A DNA stretch of 64,000 nucleotides, from NCBI GenBank assembly GCA_030141605.1, contig JAQGDQ010000140.1, positions 248,001-312,000 of the forward strand. The letters run 5' to 3'. The notes under the pieces were generated by a model that worked only from the letters and a program-made list of their open reading frames with translations, searched no databases and was not told the origin of the DNA. The position numbers and the translations under genes are program-made. Below, in pieces: positions 39,425-53,689 of the stretch (the first letter of the stretch is position 1; every line of letters begins with the position of its first letter). Origin of the DNA: Tubiluchus corallicola. Taxonomy: Eukaryota > Animalia > Priapulida.

Positions 39425-40944
39425 ACCAGGTAAGATCCTGGCACGTGTCCTACTAAATCAACTGTTGCTGCACCTGGAAAAAGACCTCCCAGAGAGCCTG
39501 TGTGGCTTTAGAGCAAACAGGAATGGTGGATATGATCTTTGCTGCAAGACAACTTCAAGAGAAGTGCCAAGAACAGAACGTCTGCCTCTTCACAACATTC
39601 ACAGACCTCACCAAGGCTTTTGATACTGTCAGTAGGAATGGCCTCTGGAAGATCATGGAAAAATATGGATGGCCAAAGAAGTTTATTGATATTGAGCGGT
39701 AGTTTCTTGAACGCATGATGATCAGAGTCCTAGATGATGGAGACATGTCTGAAGCCTTTGAAATAACAAATGGGGTGAAACAGGGCTGTGTACTCGCTCC
39801 AACACTCTTCAGCATGATGTTCTCTGCCATGTTACATGATGCGTTTGAAAACACCCAGGATGGCATTAAGATAAAATACAGAACAGATGGCAGCCTCTTC
39901 AACTCCAGGCGCTTGCTAGCTACCACCAAGACCCATGTAACCACATTCAAAGACTTTCTCTTTGCTGATGACTGCACTCTCAGTGCCACCTCCCAAGAAC
40001 AAATGCAAGGAGAGATGGACCACTTTGCATCAGCCTTCAAGAACTACGGCCTAACAATCTCTACAAAGAAAACTGAAGTTATGTACCAACCAGCCCCAGG
40101 CGCCCCACAGATTCAGCCAAAGATCTTAGTGAATGGTCAAGAACTTATCTCTGTTGACAGCTTCACATACCTGGGGAGCACCCTTACCACAGCTGCCAAC
40201 ATCGATACAGAAATCAACAACAGAATTGCCAAGGCTAGTGCTTCATTTGGAAGACTCCGCTCCAACGTATGGGACAGGAGAGGCATCAGAACCACCACAA
40301 AATTGAAGGTGTATAGAGCTGTCGTCATCACTACTCTCCGCTATGCCAGCGAATCCTGGACATTATATAGGAGACACGTAAAACAGCTTAACTACTTTCA
40401 CATGGGCTGTCTGAGGAAAATCCTGCACATCAAGTGACAGGACAAGGTGCCAGTCACAGAGGTACTTAAAAGAGCTGACCTCCCCAGTGGGCAGGCCTTG
40501 TGATTCGCATGCCAGACAACTGCATACCAAAGAAGATGCTCTATGGAGAACTTGTGTCTCAAAAGAGAAAGGTTGGACGACCAAAGAAATGCTTCAAAGA
40601 CAGCCTGAAGGCCTCACTCAAGGAGCTCAGCATGGATATCCGTTCAATGGAAACCCTTGCACAAGATCGCTCAGCATGGCGGAGTGCCATCACCACAGGT
40701 GCTAAGTTAGCAGAGGCGAAAAGAATTGAGGAGGCAGAGGAGAAGCGCAGGAGATGCAAGGCATGTGACACTGCCCAGCCACAGGTCAAAACACCCAGCC
40801 TCACCTGTGCCAAATGCCAAAGAAGTTTCCAGGCCAGAATTGGCCTAGTCAGTCAACTTCGAGCTCATCAAAGGAATGACAACCCCCCAAACTGACCCTT
40901 TAACCCTGTCACTATGGTCATCTTCGATTCGAAGGACGAACATC
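39425..40944 (+). mobile_element. 5'-truncated RTE-clade LINE, copy 3 (frameshifted)
   Basis: 240-aa RT ORF (FADD, FTYLGS, RIAKASASFGRL); TSD atgtttccat at 39415-39424 and 40945-40954. Confidence 0.92.
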
Positions 40945-42477
40945 ATGTTTCCATTAAGCAAATTTACGTATTATGAAATTAAATGCTTGTACGAAATTAC
41001 AATAACTAAAGTAAACTAAACAATGATGGGTAGATAATACCTGGTTTTTGGCAATGATGCATTCGTAAAATGTTCAGTGGAAAGAGATCACACATAAAAC
41101 GTCAAAATAATAAGCTGCTGAGTAAAATTATTTGGAGTTGATGATTGATAATGGTTTACAAAAACTTGCTCAAATCTAACAGCAAACAATTTTTACAGAC
41201 TTTAAACATTACAATTACACCAACTCCCCCACAGAACGGTTGATTTTCAATAACATTCTTTCTACAAAGTATTATAGTTAACAAGTGTTATATATTCTAA
41301 ATAATAAAAACCTGGGGGAAATCTATAAGATTCAGTTATGTACCTGAACACGATGGTTCACTATACATAGTGTGAGTCGTGCAACATACTGTTCAGAAAA
41401 TATTAAAAATAATTACTGCAAGACCAGTATCAGGTATAGACTTGATGAGGTTTTTGACTGTGTCAAAAACACTGGTATCTCATATTCAGCAGTGCAGAGT
41501 AAGTCGACCCTTAATCACACATCATAAATTGCAGCCTAGCTCAAATACTAAAGGGGCACATACAGCCAGGAGAAAATAAATACTCGTCCACAAATTTTGA
41601 TCCAGGGTTATACCGTTGCCTGAGCCCTTACCCTTTGTGTCTACCGTACAAGTTTGGCAACTCTAGGTACTATAGTTTTGGAGTTATTCACTGTTGTAGT
41701 GGAGAAACAATAATGAATGATTTATTTCAATAACATTCTGAAAATTTTGCATAATCTTAAATAATTGAAACCTAGGGCAAATCAATAGGATTCAGTTATG
41801 TATCTTAACAAGATTGTTTACTATGCAAAGTGTGGCTTGTGCAATAAACTGTTCAGAAAATAGTAATAATAACTACTGCAAGACCAGTATAAGGTATAGA
41901 CTAGATGGCGTTTTTGACTGTGTCAAAAACAGTGATAACTTACATTCAGCCATGCACAAAAACTCGACTTCACTTAATCGCATAAACTGTTGTCCTGGCT
42001 CAAAAACAGGAAGACACAGCACTGGACAGGACACAGAACATGCATATAAGCGTAGTTTCTCTTGCCTTGGGAGTGTTCACTATGAGCTGCATGGATAACT
42101 CTGCGCATATGCAATTATTAAAGATGCACGAAAATAAATATAAATAATAAAAACCGAGGACAAATCAAGAAGATACTGCCACATAGCAGAATATTAAAAA
42201 CATCTCAACAAGTATGACTAGACATGCAAACTTACCAGATCGATGATTTTCATGTTTAGTTCGTGACATCATATATCCCTTTCCACTGCTCATCTACTGA
42301 CATGATCATTCCAGAATTCCTTATCCCTTACCAAGTACCAACATTCTTGCAGTGCATTTATTCTTCAGCTTACTGAAATAAAATAGACGAGTAAGTTCAA
42401 TATAATTTACCTGAAAATTTTCCTAGGATCGCTATGATAAAAACCTATTCCAACTTGCAGATTCGGCTTGGCCGAGC

Positions 42478-42548
42478 ACCCAAGATTCTCTATTTCTAGA
42501 GTTCCCAAGATTCTCTATTTCTAGAGTACACAAGATTCTCTATTTCTA
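42478..42548. repeat. 25-bp tandem repeat x ~3
   Basis: caagattctctatttcta core repeated at 25-bp spacing. Confidence 0.85.
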
Positions 42549-42989
42549 CCGATTTAGACCTTACTACGCCACTAAAGACGCATATTACAAAGTAGTTTCT
42601 TACATTATAAGCTTTAGTACATTTAGGCAAATTTCTGAAAACTGCTTGAACTGTTTAAACTGACGATTATAGTGGCCATGGTGACTGAACTCTATAAAAA
42701 AGGAACTCTAAAAAATTTCATCCTGTAACTTTTTTCTGCTTGAAATTATTGAATTTCTGAAGCAATTTCATTACAACTCTATATACTGTTTACTTAAAGT
42801 TGTGTTAATTTGCAGATCTGTTTTTTAGATACTGTATTTACAAAATAACTAATTTTCCAGCATGCCAGCTTCTCTTTAATTCGTTGAAACCAAACCAAGT
42901 TAATCATACTGTTTTTAAATAGGCATTGTTGTCATTGTATTGACACGTAGGACATTCTACTGCGTGTTCATTGTAGAGAACAAAACACT

Positions 42990-45900
42990 GTTGTGTCTTT
43001 GTTTTAATATCCTTATTGATTATAACAAAATTGTCTAGGGTATGGTTTCCATGCAGGAACAAACGTACAAGTTCATTTGTTGCAAGACTGTAAACATTGA
43101 TGTTAAAAGCTGACAAAAGAGTTCAGAGATTTGTAAATAAATCGTGTCTGACCTGGTGGTAAAGAGGGCAGCTAATTAAGTAATGACCCAGTTTCATAAG
43201 CACAACTGCATTGACAATTAGGTGATACCAGCGACTTGTCGTAATTTTTACATTTTCTGAGGTACAAATCATAATTAATTTGACAAAAACCAACTCTCAT
43301 TCTACTATGGTGTACTGATAAATTTCGAATACCACTTGAAAAGTAAGTAGGCCGCTTATTAAAACACATGATTCTACAGTCGAGATTCAAAGATATTTAA
43401 AGAGTTAGAGTTACGGATATCAAGAGGTAAATTATTCCCCAGCACTTAACCGAGGCAAGAAAAAAGAATTAGCAAAATCAGTTGAGTGACAGATTCAACA
43501 TTACGACCGAGTCCAGACCATACGATGGTTCATGTTCATGTTCAAACTTAACAATGTTCATGTTCATGTTCATGTTCAACTTTAACAATGACATGTTGCC
43601 TAGTCTTTATAAAAACTATTTTTAAAAATATATAACATTCATTTTTATTACATACGGTCCTCGAAAGAAGGACATTTCTTTCAGCCTCGCTTTAATACCC
43701 AGCATGGATTCAACAGTTTTCAACATAATGGGGTCAAGTTGTGGAACAACCTCCCTAGTCATATAACAGGTAATCAGTCCCTTCAAACTTAGTTGCTTCT
43801 GTACTTAGCCCTCTTGTTCATAAATAACATAACATAAAATAATTATGAAGTAAAATTTATTTATAGGAAATCTTTACTTTGTAAGACTTATACAAATTTA
43901 TATCTTTTACTAGAGTTAAATTAGACTTTATGTTAAAAGAGTTAATACTGCCTTCTCTTCACATTGCAAATTCAGCCACTGCAAATTCATTAATCTTTAA
44001 ATAAGTGCAACGTGTGAAGAACCCCATGGTCATACGTTGCCCTCGCATTTGGCTAACTTCCATTAGTTATTTTATATTATTACTGCGTTGAACCATGTTC
44101 ACGAAAAAAAATTGTCTATTATTTATTACAATACTACTGTATTCAAAAGTGGGTAAAATAATTGTTTCGAACAAGAATTCATAAGTTGAATGCGGCAGTA
44201 TAGTGGCTAGAGCCGCTAGACCTCGCAAGTTTCCTAATTTTGGCTGAACTGATGCGATGATCTCGTTTACATGTTGTTCCCATTTTAGATCACATGTAAA
44301 ATGTATCCCTAGGTGCTTATGAGAATTAATATGTTTTAAAGTTATATTACTGAAAAAAAGTGGCATATGATGACGTTGCTGGATTTTACGAGAGAAGAGC
44401 ATTACTTCGGTTTTCTGTGGATTAAAGGTAACACATCATCTATCAGCCCAGTACTGCAAGGTCTCTAGGTCGGAATTTAGACGCAGTGCAGAATCTACCG
44501 GGTCTGTAACTGTATCCATTATGGAAGTATCGTCGGCAAAAAGACGTTTGTCACACCGTATATTATGAGTAATGTTATTTACATAGACAAGAAACAAAAA
44601 AGGGCCCTGAGCCGTTAGGCACCCCAGCAGCCAGGGACTGATGGGCACCTTCCATAACTACTTGTTGACTACTACCAGATAAATAAGAAGCTAACCAATG
44701 TAGTGAGGGACCACTGATTCCAAAAGCTGAGATAATTTGAATATGAGACCTTTGTGCTACATCTTGTCAAAAGCTTTACTTACATCGAGAAAAACTGCCC
44801 GTACCTCATATCCAGCGTCTAGATCAGAGTGCATTTTGTGGACAATAGATACCAATTGATTGATTGTACTATCACCTGGCTTGAACCCAGAATTACACTC
44901 ATTCAACAGATTATTGTCAATAACAAGATAATTATAAAGTTCTTTATATACAATCTGCTCCAAGATTTTAGAAACACAAGAAAGTAGAGAAATTGTCCTA
45001 TAATTAGTAACCAATTCTCTTTCACTTTTTTTTAAATACAGAAGTAACGTTAGCTGTTTTCCATACTGACGGGAACATTCCATTGTTAACAGACATTTTA
45101 AATAATAACGTTAAAGGCACAAAAAGCGACTGAGAACATTGTTTCAAAACAATATTACTTATGCGATCGGGTCCTGTTGCTTTACCGACGTTTACACATT
45201 TCAAGAAATTAGTAGCTATATGCTCAGACAGGTCAACAGTTGACAAGACACTATCAGTGACCAAAGAGAAAGGAGGAAGTACGGCATTACCGCAATTTAC
45301 ACTACAGTTATCAGCAAAAATTTTTTTAAATATACTACATTTGAGCTTGGTATCAGCTATAACACAGTTGTTAACTTTAAGTGGTGGAATAACAAAGTCA
45401 TGTGTGCTTTTGTAAAATGAGTTGACACTGTTCCACAAGGCCTTGGGGCAGGTTTGTGAATCGAGTAATTTAGTATTTAGTTTCTTCATATAATCATAAA
45501 GGTTTAGCTTTTTTCAAAGAATTATTATAAATATTCTTACATCGCTTGTATTTCTCCTAAGATTTAGCAGTTTGATACAGTTTGCAGTATTTATGAGATT
45601 TTTCTTAACTTTTCTTAATTTTCTCACGTAGCTGTTCATCTACAACTTGTCCCAAAGCCGAATGGTTACGGTTCTATGTGGCACACATAGTAGCATCAGT
45701 AGCATGAATAGCTTGATTTAAACCACACCAGTCTGCTCTATTATAATAAAAAAATTCTCTTTGGTAGGCAGCTGCAGTTGGAAGATTTATAAGCTTTTTA
45801 CCATAAATAGAGTTATGATCAGGTGTATATATAGGTGACATGACACCACTCTCTGTTATTAAACCGGTAGCATCAGTATAACAAGGTCAATCAAAGAGCT

Positions 45901-46290
45901 AGACACATCTGAAATACGGGTATGATGTGTTTCTAACTGTGAAAGTTGATCCTGAACAGTAAATGTTTATAATTTGGAACAAAAACGATTTTCACCATCA
46001 GGAGGGTACCTTACTGCACACTATATATGATTGCATAGCGAACATTACTAATTAGCATGTCGTGAGACAATTGTAACTGATTTATAAACTCATCCTCGAT
46101 AGATGCATCTCGAGTAGGAGACCGGTAGCAGACCCACATATATAAAATTAAGTTTGTAAGATTAATTTCAAACCACATGAATTCAAAGTTAGTGTTAAAA
46201 ACTAAATCCGTTCTTGTTGTGAAAGATATATCAAGGCGTAAAAAGCTCCCCCCCCCTCCCAAGCCATTACGATCTTCACGGAAAGGGACT
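42990..46290 (-). mobile_element. Decayed CR1/L2-group LINE ORF2 (endonuclease + RT), interrupted at ~43445-43890
   Basis: Fragments CYRSP, GKATGPDRI, NYRTISLLSCVSKILE, FLDVSKAFDK, LFADDT, HKHLGI and a C-terminal CQC...HYLISCPLY; many stops and frameshifts. Confidence 0.88.
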
Positions 46291-47279
46291 TAAAATTCCT
46301 TGATCATAGAGGATCTATTGGGGAGGGGGGTACTACACTAAGTAACTTTTGTCGGTACCTAAACGATGTTATTAGAACCTCTTCGGGACATTTCTTACAT
46401 CTCATCAGTTTGCTCTCATGTTTTTCCTGGACATGCTTAAATGCTACACGATTCGCAATACAATTCTTTTGCGTTTCTTGCGCAATTAACTATATAGAAT
46501 TCTTTACCAGAAATTCATGTTCTTCTTAACTGCTCTGCCACTTGCTTCAAAAATGACGTAAATAGGCATAACTAGCGTCACTCGCAGGCATTAATAGGAC
46601 GTTAATGAACAAATTAGTTATAAGAATAATATATTTCAGGACGTGTACGGAACAGTGAGAGAATTTGAAGAAATTTCCAGGAGACTTACCCAGTGGTCTC
46701 TTTCAAATACTTCAGAATTTCAACAACACAACCTTCCTGTTGGAGTTCTTCAACTCTCTATTGAATGTGTGGCATAACCAAGAAAAGTTGCTATGACGTC
46801 CAAGCCTGTAGAAAATAAACGTTTATGACATCATTGAAAACGTCAGATAACATCAGTCAGCCTATTTTAGATGTCTCACAGCTAAGGACCTTATCTATAC
46901 AAGCCAAGCTAAAGTAAAGCAAACAGATGTGTTGTAAACGTGAAAATTTGTACAAATATCATTAGAATAATCGTATTTAGGACTTATTTTATACTTATCA
47001 TACAGTGACCATAATTACTTTGATATTATCGCGATTAGCTCTTACTGATCATGCATAACTCTCTAAGGACACAATTATAGCATTGAAAGATTTAGAATAT
47101 CACAATTACATGATACTTTATCCTGAATTAATACTAACTGAAATAAGACGAGAACACTGCTACAGCTTTCTACCAAACATCCCTATAAAGTGCGTTGATG
47201 ATGTGGCATGGGTCACAAGAAACAAAGATGAATTAAATGCAATAAAAAACTCAATAGAATTAAATCTGAAAAATGGATC

Positions 47280-48060
47280 TTATACTAAACAAAAGTAAAA
47301 CTAACTCGCATAATTCGTCATGGTGATGAATCATGGAAACATACAAATGTCTTGGTAGTCTGCTGGTAACAGAGAAATGCATCAAGACTGAAGATAGTGG
47401 CATTATCAGTACATTCAAAACTCACAAAAAGTTTTTGAGAACAGGGAAACATCTTTGAAAACAAAACCTTAGTTGAAACTGCACTACTGTATAACTCTGA
47501 GCTCTGAACATTTAAAGCAATTTATAAAGCTGAAATTGACGGATTTCAACGGCGAAATTACAGAAACATTTTGTATATTAGATGGGCTAAGAACATTTCA
47601 AATCATGACATTATATGAATAAATAAGAGAAAAACGTTGGAAAATAAAAATAAAAGGGTGCTGTTTATGATGGATTGGGCACATTTGAAACTGCACTACT
47701 GTATAACTCTGAGCGAAATTACAGAAACATTTTGTATATCAGATGGGCAAAGAACATTTCAAATCATGACATTATATGAATAAATAAGAGAAAAACGTTG
47801 GAAAATAAAAATAAAAAGGTGCTGTTTAAGATGGATTGGGCACATGCTTAGACTAACTGAAGATAGTCTAGTGAAGATAGCTCTTCAGCAAGCAATAGAA
47901 CCAGCCAGAAAACCTGCAGGAGGACAAATGTTAAAAAATTTAGATTTTGCACAGCAACATTAAAACACTTCAGCACAGATCAGTGAGTCCTAGAGTGAAG
48001 AGGTGAACAGAATCATGTCCCTGGATATTGAACGCATGATTCAATGGACAACGACAATTA
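47280..48060 (+). mobile_element. Highly decayed non-LTR retroelement 3' part with internal duplication
   Basis: Fragments IDGFQRRNYRNILYIRW and RWIGHMLRL; segment ~47475-47685 is partly repeated at ~47686-47845. Confidence 0.55.
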
Positions 48061-51000
48061 TCATTATTATGATTATCATATCACAAAATAAACTAAAAAT
48101 TATGAAAATGAACTAAGTTTGTGATGCCCACATTGCACCAGCCTTTTCATGTACGTTTTGCATGTTTAATTACATCGCTAATATTGGGTTTCCTACCTCA
48201 ATACCGTTAAGTTCGGTTGGTTTTACCTCAGCGGCATTGATGATATAATTCAAAAGATTTTAGATTAAGAATAAAATTATAACAAATGTATCGATCATTT
48301 TTCAAATCAAACTAAAATTGACAAACAAAAACAGCCAGTCTAAAAACCGAAACCGTTGAGAATTTAGACGACATATTATCAAGGTTATAATAACAATTCA
48401 GCGAGGAGCGTCAGTCAAGTTATGGCGTCAATATGCAGACGTGCTTTGTTGTCTATATTGGGCTAGCTTGTGTGATTAAAAAAAGCTGAAATTGGACAGA
48501 AAAAAATTAAATGGAAAAAAATACAGCGAAGAATTGAGAAAGCACAGTTGCAGCCTAATTTCAAAGATCTAAACGTTTGACTATTTACTACAAGAAGTTC
48601 AGTTTATCTAACCAAAGCCTGTATATTGTATAACAAAGTGATTCGCAAATTGTTTCGTTCATTGATAGAAAGCAGTACAGTAAAATCAGAATTTTCTTTT
48701 TTTATTTTGAGCAAAATCAAAATCTATTTTCTATTACCACTGTTTCTGCCCAGCAAGTTCCAATAACATGGACATGTAAAAGTGTTGATCGTTGTACATG
48801 TACCACTTGCTGGATTAATAAATAAAAAAATTTTCACCCCCCCCCCCCCCGCTACGAAATGAACAATCGATATTAGGTAATGGGAGCGCGGCTGTTGAGT
48901 CTGAGTTTGTTGGTTTTTGTTTGATGAACTTAGGACGGTGTGATACCATCAAACTTTGTTTGTCAAACAAAAAGTTTGTTACTTTCGCTGTTTACACGAT
49001 CAAAATAGTTTGTTAAACTAAAACTGACGAACTGGTTTGACGAAAAAACTGATCGTCTAAACGGATATAGAAGTTCACAATCAATGCTAAGAGTGTACAC
49101 TGACCTTTTCTTACACAATTACTAATTAGTTTGATCTCAGTACTTTGTAATTTAAAAGACAATTTTAAAATACGCCTCAAAAAACTTTCCATACAAAGCT
49201 ATATTACTTAGCATTATACTTCCTGTTTGAAAGACGTATTTAAATAGAAAAGAAAACTCTTGGTAATAATACGCAATGTTATTTAGACTTGCTTAAATTA
49301 CTTGTTCAACGATTGACCCTTGTTCAACGGCTGCCCGGTCAGCGCAGGAATTTTAATCTACACATTTTATATAGCGCTACTGATAATGCAAGCAATCAAA
49401 GCCACCATGTTATGTACGTGATATATATTTTCAAGACCAATTTTTTCCAACTTTACGTAAGAAATGTGTATTCTTGCCCCTTACGTGGTAATGTCTCTTT
49501 ATGCAGCATGCACCCTTTTTCGTGGCAATTTCTCTTTCTTGTAGCATTGCTCAAATTTTCTCAGTCTCTTGCTCGGCAATGCAGTTTGCTTGTTTTAAGG
49601 GTAGGCACATATACTACAGTGTTACCAACACCCACCAATTAAACATCCCTATATGCGACAAAAAAGCAAAAATGTGAAATGCACTTTCCCGTACGACAAG
49701 CGGTAACCGAGTCGACCCACTCGTTAAGTGTTATCCCAGCATCACAGTATGTCCACTTTAAGTAGTACATCCTGGTATGCTGCTCTATGATGTTGTTGGG
49801 TAAGAGTGCTGACACGGGATGCACATTACCTTATACTTTGATCTTGGCTTGCATTATTAACAAATGTAAACTGGTGACAATGTTTCTGACCCTGCGGTCG
49901 GAAATTGAAGTCAATAGATACAAAATGGTAACTGAAAGCCTTTTACAAAATGGTTACTGATGCCAGCCTTTTCTTTGAAAGTAAAACTTTATCTTATAGA
50001 ATTCGCTTTGCTTGAATTCATAGGAACAGCACTTGAAAATGAAATCGCAACTTGTAACTTTTCAACCCGTGTCCTAAGGTCAGAGGTCAAACTATCTCGG
50101 CATAACTTATACCATTCAATTTATCTCAAGGAGACGTTTCGCTTAATGTACTACTAGCTAGATCGGCTGATACTGGAGGCCTTTGTCTCCTCAACCCATA
50201 TTTTGTCCCCCAGAGGGTTCACAGGTTAGCCATTTCATTGTAACATATACCATTCGATTCGTCTCATCAAGACCTTTCATTTGAAATACTACATGGTACT
50301 ACTCGACACTTGGTGCATTTCTCTTCCCGACCCACATTTTTCAGATTTTGTCCCCTAGCGGAAATATTTTCTGTACGCGCACGTCTTGTTTTGCTACAGC
50401 AAAATTTTAACTGAAACAAAAATGTAAGGCAAAGCGCGAGGGATCAGGAAAGAATGGGAAAGAGGATCAATTCTTCTGTAAGAATTTTAACTGCAGTTAT
50501 ACAGCACCACAGTATGCCAAAACCAGGTAAAACCAGGTGTACAGCCTATGAAGAAATATAGCCAAGTATGTGGAAGGACCGGAAAAACTATATTTCATTA
50601 TTCATTAATAAACAGTATAAAAATATTTTATGTACCTGTAAATTTTGGCTTCTGTGCGTATCTTTGCTGCTCCTCTTGGACCTCTTATAGGCTGCCTGTG
50701 GCTGAGTTTTCCTGCGATTCCTGCCTTTCCTGGATCTGGGATCCTGGATCCTAAGCAAGAAATGAAGAATAGGTAAGAGACCAACAAAGCTTGAGGGCTT
50801 TTGTCTTTTACTTTTTTGGATGTTTGAGTTTAGCCATCAGAACCATCCTCGATAATTTAGCTAATTATGTTTCTCATGCAACTAAGAAGCTGTTGCTACG
50901 AGCTACAAGTGTTTATGACGTCACAGAAAATGACCCGAAATCGGTAATCACGTATTTTAATCTGGACATTACTTTAATGAACCTATTGACCTTCTAAAGC

Positions 51001-52808
51001 GAAATGTACGATTAACAAAAATGATCTCATACAAATCGATTCGGGTCATACAAATTGAAACGGGTCCAAAAACGGTGAAACAACAGATTTCGGAAAATGT
51101 AAGATCGAAAGTTCTGGTGTTTTGCTTAATACTTGCGTTAAAGCTACAGGTCTATAGTCATTAACTGTAGTAACTGGGTTTCTCTTTGACACAGGAATAA
51201 TGATAGATTTCTTAAACTGTTTAGAGAATTTACAAATACTTAAAGTCCAGGCTCTTCGGGCTGAAAATTGGATTGCTATTCCCCAACACGGCTGTATGAA
51301 ACTGTAATTTTTGGTAATGTGCTGCTTCCAGCTTTTTCTGTATTGTAATCCGCAAGAAATGAAAATATGTAAGACTGCAAATTAGAAAAGGCTCAGAGCT
51401 TTCTCTCTTATGTTTCATGGGTTTGAGTAGAACAGTCGAACCATCAACAACACGCAGTTTGCTAATTAAAGCCTGCCATGCACGGCAACTAAGAAGCTGT
51501 TGCTACATCCTTATCTACTGCAAGAAGGACGTGAACAGATATAACTAACACCATTAATAAGTAAAAATACGACATCAACAGGCAAATTTCACGTGCGAAA
51601 ATCATACGTTTATGGATATGTATGGCACAGTAAGAGAATTTGAAGAAATTTCCACAACACTTACCTAGTCATTCCTTTTAACTTCAGAACTTCAGCCAAA
51701 GCAACCTTCCTGTGTGGACTCCTTCATCGTCTGCTGAATGTGTTTAGTGTAACCAAGAAACTGCTGCCATGACTTCAAACGATGAGTAAACGTTTCTGAC
51801 GTCATTGAAACGTCACATCTCAAGCCTGGAAGAAATGTAAGTACCTAGGCAGCTCTGCCAGATACAGAAGAAGGAAAAAACCTGGCACTAGCAACTCTCC
51901 CAAGGCTTAGATCTTCAATAACAAGAATATTAGCACAGGATCAATCTAAGACATTTTCATAATTGTCAATGATCATTAAATTAGTCGTTAATAACGAACC
52001 AGTTCTTATATATCAGTAACAAAATACGGTTTAAGTGAGGCAACTATCACTTAGGCAGAGGAGAGAAGGTGAGATGACCAGAAGTATGAATATATTTTTG
52101 TATCATATTATAATTACTCGCAGGTTTCACCATAATTCACAAATAGTTTGATATTCACTTGCTGTAATTTGCCTACCGCAACTCAGTCCCCAGGACTGGC
52201 ATTTGTTTGTCAAAAAATGTGTAAGATGATAATTGCAATCATTATCATATTGCCTGCAAGATGCAAATGCAACAACTCTCCTTAAATTATCATTAACCTG
52301 CAGTTTTTAAAGCTACCTGCCTGTATGTAACAGCCGCCTGTCGACACAGTTGATAAAAAAATCACAAAATATTCAAACATAAAATTACAAAACAGAGACA
52401 ACGTCACTCGTCGTTGTTTCAATCCGTTGAGGATGTCGTGAAGACAACAATATTACTTCAAAAATTTCTTAAAGACAAAATTTCTTAAACAAAATCTTAA
52501 AGACAATTATTGTGCTCATGTACCCATGGCATGCTAGCTTTTTTGCGGCACACATTTGTATGTTCTCTTCTAAAAACTCCATAATGATGAAAGTGAACCA
52601 GAACATTCCTGTTCAAGTCGCATTGCATTTCACTTCACACTAATGTTCATCCTGCAGCTCATTACGTTACATTTCATTACATTACGCTACGTTCGTTACG
52701 CTGTGTTACGCTACATTATATTATAACTAAACGTGAACTTGTGTCACAATTCTAATTGTACTGCAGTTCAGTTATTCGCTCCACTGTCAGTAAACTGGAC
52801 ATAGCCAA

Positions 52809-52954
52809 AAACTACTATAGACCTAGACTTACCATTCCAGTACCATTTCGTTTACGGTACTGTTCATGTTGCAGCTCATAAACTACTATAGCCATAGACT
52901 TACCATCCAGTACCATTTCGTTTACGGTACTGTTCATGTTGCAGCTCATAAACT
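52809..52954. repeat. ~70-bp tandem duplication
   Basis: aaactactatag...gacttacca...gcagctcata present twice. Confidence 0.9.
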
Positions 52955-53164
52955 TATCATCTTGTAAAATATTCAGTTTATGATTTTTTTCATGAACTCC
53001 AGCTGTACCAGTGAGAAATTACCTAATTTTTGAACGGACCTGTAGAACTGGCTACATTGAAGGAACGTAAGCAGCTATGCCAACAGAATGATATCACGTG
53101 TTGAAGGATCAGTGTGGCGTATCAAAGAAATGATATCAGACGTCAATTAAAAAACAACGTAAAT

Positions 53165-53241
53165 AATGACGATGATGATGATGTGATGATGATGATGATG
53201 ATCATGTGCTGCTGCTGCTGCTGCTGATGATGATGATGATA

Positions 53242-53273
<32 letters not shown>

Positions 53274-53275
53274 AA
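53165..53275. repeat. (GAT)n/(GCT)n compound microsatellite
   Basis: Direct inspection. Confidence 0.9.
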
Positions 53276-53369
53276 TCTTCATTTAAAGTCGGCTTTTTGG
53301 ATAAACAATAAACACAAGCTCCAATAAGCTCCGATTGTAAATAGCAGTCTACAACTACATAACAGAGAC

Positions 53370-53480
53370 TATTATTACCCCACTTTTACCCTAAATGCCA
53401 TATGCCAGGCAAAGCAACAGCAGGTACCATTTTTAAAGTTTTTGGTGCGACCCGATGTCATAGAGCAGTTGTTCTACACA
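53370..53480 (-). mobile_element. SINE-like fragment
   Basis: ggtaccatttttaaagtttttggtgcgacccg resembles the core of the SINE-like segment near 59670. Confidence 0.35.
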
Positions 53481-53689
53481 AAAATTAAATACTACAAGTA
53501 AATAAGCTATCACGAATCGATTGAGTTATTTTAACTCACAAGGAACGTAAGGAACCAAGGCAATTTCCGTTTGTGCGCAAAACTATCGTATTTCTTCTCT
53601 TTTTTTGGTCGAACTATTTTGGAGGTAAGCGTAACGATAGGGAACTACTTGTGAAGAGCAGCACTGTGGAATACCTTATCCAAAGAAAT

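Larger units (their letters stand above)
33132..42407. repeat. Tandem triplication of a ~3.3-kb unit (starts 33132, 35836, 39151)
   Basis: Three collinear copies with the same RTE insertion and flanks; unit 1 is ~611 bp shorter owing to a deletion inside the RTE. Confidence 0.95.

Noticed and set aside
34785-42098. Repeated 66-aa and 94-aa ORFs in the triplicated unit
   Set aside because: Non-ATG starts, the 66-aa ORF is lost in one copy, and both lie in an internal DNA duplication with no protein features.
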